Shown here: positions 32,356 through 35,848 of the stretch, piece by piece
Numbering within the stretch: position 1 is the first letter of the stretch
Layout of the letters: each line of letters opens with the position of its first letter
Source: Nemertoderma westbladi
Lineage: Eukaryota; Animalia; Xenacoelomorpha
DNA: 35,848 nucleotides
Reading direction: 5' to 3'
Assembly (NCBI GenBank): GCA_032718475.1
Contig: JAUCBJ010006814.1
Location: forward strand, 1 to 35,848
Translations under genes and position numbers: made by a program
The notes under the pieces: model-generated
The model's database searches: none
Seen by the model: the letters and a program-made list of their open reading frames with translations, nothing else
What the model was told of the DNA's origin: nothing

Positions 32356-34620
32356 ATGTCAAAACAAACGTCTGAGATGTCGTCACACCCACCTAATAAT
32401 GTTCCATCTAATATTTCACCACAGTCAAGCAATGATCCGCCATCTGATAGGCCTACAACATCCACTGATGATATTCGAAGCACCACAAAGGAAACGTCAT
32501 TAAGGGAATTACGACGGCTGTCACTTCGGACGCAACTGGTCAACAATGAAATGTTGCATTCGCTGTTGAACGACGACATCCTTGATCTCCATCGTGGAAT
32601 GCGTAGCCCAACACCAATACCCTCATCCGTGGTGTCAGAGAACCATTTGCATCTGGACAATAATGAAAGGCAAACTGAAAGAAGGTTCAGTTTGCCAATC
32701 GAACGAAAGTCCATCGAATCTCCTAAGTCGTCTTCGCAACGATTCTCTGTACGATCGGCCACTGCCAGTGGGTCATCGCAACAATCATCTGGAGAGTCGC
32801 ACAGTACAACATATTATTCATTCGAGGTTATGGAAGACCCAAATAATAAATCCAAGAAAAGAGTTAGATTCACATCTGAAGTTTTAATTAATGAGTATGA
32901 TGTGACGTCAGTAGTGACGACGACATTATGGGATGAGACGACCATGGGATATTTCCACCTACTTGGATACGCATTCAACTTCGCTATTCTGTGGAGGTTC
33001 CCCTCCTTAGCACATAAACACGGCGGCGCGGCCTTCATTCTTTGCTACATTGTTTGTATGTTGCTTGTTGGATATCCAATGCTATTAATAGAATTCGCCC
33101 TGGGTCGGCAGACAACAGGAAACATTCCGCGAAAATACTGGAAGCATAACTATGGTTCCGGATTAGGATTGTCTATAATAATTTGCAATACGATAACAGC
33201 CATAACCTACAGTGGCCTGGCATCATGGATTTTGAGTTATCTCATAAGGTCTCTTACTTCGCCATTGCCATGGATGTTGTGTCCAAGGGAAGATCCTACA
33301 GAATCAACCAAAACATTATGCAATAACACAAATTCCGCATCTTATTACTTCTACGAATCGGTATCAAATGTATCCATAACAAATAGTGGACTGTTAACAA
33401 TGATGGTAGTTTGGGTATTTGTAACTATTCATATAGCCCATAAAGTGCGTTTCAAACAGCCGTTTATATCCCTAACGTACACTGTGGTCCTGATAATGTT
33501 TGTAACCAGAGCTGCCTTGTTGCCGGGTGCCGTTAACGGACTCAGATACATGGTGACGCCACTGCGTTCGTTTACGCCATTTTTAAATGCGGACATATGG
33601 TTGGACGCGTGTACCCAAGTACTTTTGTCTCTGGGAGTGGGTACAGGATCTATGGTAACTATGGCGAAGTGTAACACTTATTCGCGTATAACAATAGAAG
33701 CTATGTTTACAATAATTGGTAACATGATTACGTCGATAGGCTTCGGATCAGGGACTTTCTGTGCTCTTGGATTCGTATCAACAAAAGCCTTTGATGACTG
33801 TAAGACATACAGGAGTGATTGTAAGATGGAATGGTACCTCAGACAATCCGCAGAAGGGACTGCCTATTCATTTATAACCATGTCGTCGGTGTTAGGGGCT
33901 CACAATAATCTTGATGATAATTTTTGGACATTACTCATTCTAACGGTTGTGCTGATAAAAAATTGTGACACAATAGCTAATGGACTAAGAGATATAATGG
34001 ATGTAACATTTTATTTATGCGGCGAGAATATAAGTTACCATCAAAGATCTTATGCTACAGGATTATTAGGTTGTTTCATCGCAGTGATAATATTCTGTAA
34101 CTATCTTGGACGATACCTTATAAGGGTCTTCATAGAGTGGACCGTGTGTCGACCGCTGATGTTCATTGCCATTATGGAACTAATATACGTATCCTGGATA
34201 CGGATCCCCAGAGTTATCAAAAGAATTAAATATTCCGACGCGAAATGGATAATGATTAGGCAAGTTAACATTATATTATTGTGGAAATTATCTGCGTTCA
34301 TAATTTTAATTGGTATTTGCTTGCAATGGACTGCAGAGAAAGCTAGTGGAGTTGAAATTTTCAATCAATCCTACAATAATAAAACCATATCTTTAGTGAA
34401 AACACCACACCCAAAGTGGTCACTGCGACTGATGCCATTCTTATTTGTTATGGTAGTTATTTGGATGCCATTTGGAGTCATATTATATTTGATAAATAAA
34501 TATAAATCAATTGGAATAGAAGAGGAAACCAGAAGTTCCGAAGTAATACAAGATTACAATGATGATACAGAAACTGCCGAACAAGATAATCAGCCTATTA
34601 ACCCATTTGAATCCCTCTAA
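32356..34620 (+). CDS. Divergent SLC6 / neurotransmitter:sodium symporter (SNF) family membrane protein, 754 aa, single ORF
   Basis: TM1-2 signature LWRFPSLAHKHGGAAFILCY..GYPMLLIEFALGR, EL2 LPWxxC..C, LPGAVNGLRY and TM6 WLDACTQVLLSLGVGTG, with multiple hydrophobic segments and a long Ser-rich N-terminus. Confidence 0.9.
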   Translation: MSKQTSEMSSHPPNNVPSNISPQSSNDPPSDRPTTSTDDIRSTTKETSLRELRRLSLRTQLVNNEMLHSLLNDDILDLHRGMRSPTPIPSSVVSENHLHLDNNERQTERRFSLPIERKSIESPKSSSQRFSVRSATASGSSQQSSGESHSTTYYSFEVMEDPNNKSKKRVRFTSEVLINEYDVTSVVTTTLWDETTMGYFHLLGYAFNFAILWRFPSLAHKHGGAAFILCYIVCMLLVGYPMLLIEFALGRQTTGNIPRKYWKHNYGSGLGLSIIICNTITAITYSGLASWILSYLIRSLTSPLPWMLCPREDPTESTKTLCNNTNSASYYFYESVSNVSITNSGLLTMMVVWVFVTIHIAHKVRFKQPFISLTYTVVLIMFVTRAALLPGAVNGLRYMVTPLRSFTPFLNADIWLDACTQVLLSLGVGTGSMVTMAKCNTYSRITIEAMFTIIGNMITSIGFGSGTFCALGFVSTKAFDDCKTYRSDCKMEWYLRQSAEGTAYSFITMSSVLGAHNNLDDNFWTLLILTVVLIKNCDTIANGLRDIMDVTFYLCGENISYHQRSYATGLLGCFIAVIIFCNYLGRYLIRVFIEWTVCRPLMFIAIMELIYVSWIRIPRVIKRIKYSDAKWIMIRQVNIILLWKLSAFIILIGICLQWTAEKASGVEIFNQSYNNKTISLVKTPHPKWSLRLMPFLFVMVVIWMPFGVILYLINKYKSIGIEEETRSSEVIQDYNDDTETAEQDNQPINPFESL

Positions 34621-35848
34621 ATGGCCTAAACCGTACAATCTTGTAGTGTTGTCTATGATGATGACCTAAATGTAAACCAAACGTTTTTGCATGACGCATG
34701 AGATACCTGATTAGAAACTAATTGGGTTGGCACCGATAAAATAATCTTAAATATTAATCATATTACGAATCAAGTCATTGAATAACATATAACTTAAGAT
34801 ACATACTGGAGGTGAGATGTCGTTATTCGTAGAAACTAAAACGGAATATATTTATTCACACGACGATATATTGCAGCATTGTGTACACCCACCCATACAA
34901 TGGTAATATACTATTGTGTACAATACATTCTGAATCATATGTGAAATCATAAATCGTAGGCCTATAAATTAAACATATTATATGAATATATGACAGAGAA
35001 AAAGTGAAAAAAACAGTTAATATATACCTCTCACTCTCCCACTTATATTACAATGCTGCACCACATACTGTTACAATACACATTAATTGTAGTGCAGTGC
35101 TGCAGTATATACTGGAGCTATAGACTGCACTGCTCAGTTGGAAACAGTGAGTTATGAAAATTTTATATATATCCCCTTAGGAAATGGAGGGCGAAATATT
35201 TGTAAACAATTAAAGTTAAAGGGACAATATAATATATAATATGCACCGGCGGTATATTGTAAATTAGGCTATTTGATGTGATACCAATTGATACGCAAAC
35301 ACATTGCGTGTATTCTGTATAATTAATAGAATAAAGAAATAACTTCATAAAATATACGACCAGGTTCGCCTTCGCAAGTAACAAGTTGAACTTTAAGTAC
35401 ATAGATGGCCAGGCCCCCTAATATTAGTTTAATTTGCGATAAAACATATATTTACGGTATAATATATCCTAAATTATATAATTATAAATAATTGCAAATT
35501 ATAATTATATAAGCTAATTCACATATAACTAGCTGTAAGCTGTAAGCTAACTTACGATACGTAGTAAAGCCTAAAGATATGTTTTGCAAGAATTATTATG
35601 TAACAATTAATTAGTATACAGTTTAGTTTGAAGATGAAGAGTATATTCAAAATGTTACTAGTATTTTCCTTGTCATTGCAATACCTAATATACAACGCCG
35701 TTTTGTCTAATAATAATTGCCTTCTATCATGATTGTTTGATATTATTTAGAAAGCTTGATGAGCTTATCAATAATGTGATGATATCTGTATATAAGTTTA
35801 TTTTCACTTTTACGAGAGAAAAATCGATTAAAAAAAAATAAAAAGTCT

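Noticed and set aside
32346-35402. Small ORFs overlapping or following the SLC6 gene
   Set aside because: Short and motif-free; consistent with shadow or random ORFs.

Overview
Repeat-rich eukaryotic (animal) genomic DNA; nothing here looks prokaryotic. There are two long, single-ORF host genes on the + strand: Mediator subunit MED14 (6260-10978) and a divergent SLC6/NSS transporter-like gene (32356-34620). Around them are a 77-78-bp satellite (10-4580), a 68-bp minisatellite, small MITEs and an apparently invariant 8.3-kb array of a 19-bp unit (11725-20012). The most striking structure is an ~11-kb nested double foldback (20750-31890). Two oppositely oriented 30-bp arrays enclose an Academ-type DNA transposon (22471-29082) with a TGT TSD, >1-kb inverted arms rich in RFX X-box-like motifs and a decayed XPG/FEN1-like nuclease remnant. 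Its left arm is interrupted by a decayed full-length RTE-like LINE (22854-26166, GCCATGTA TSD). All calls were made by eye; no database searches were run.
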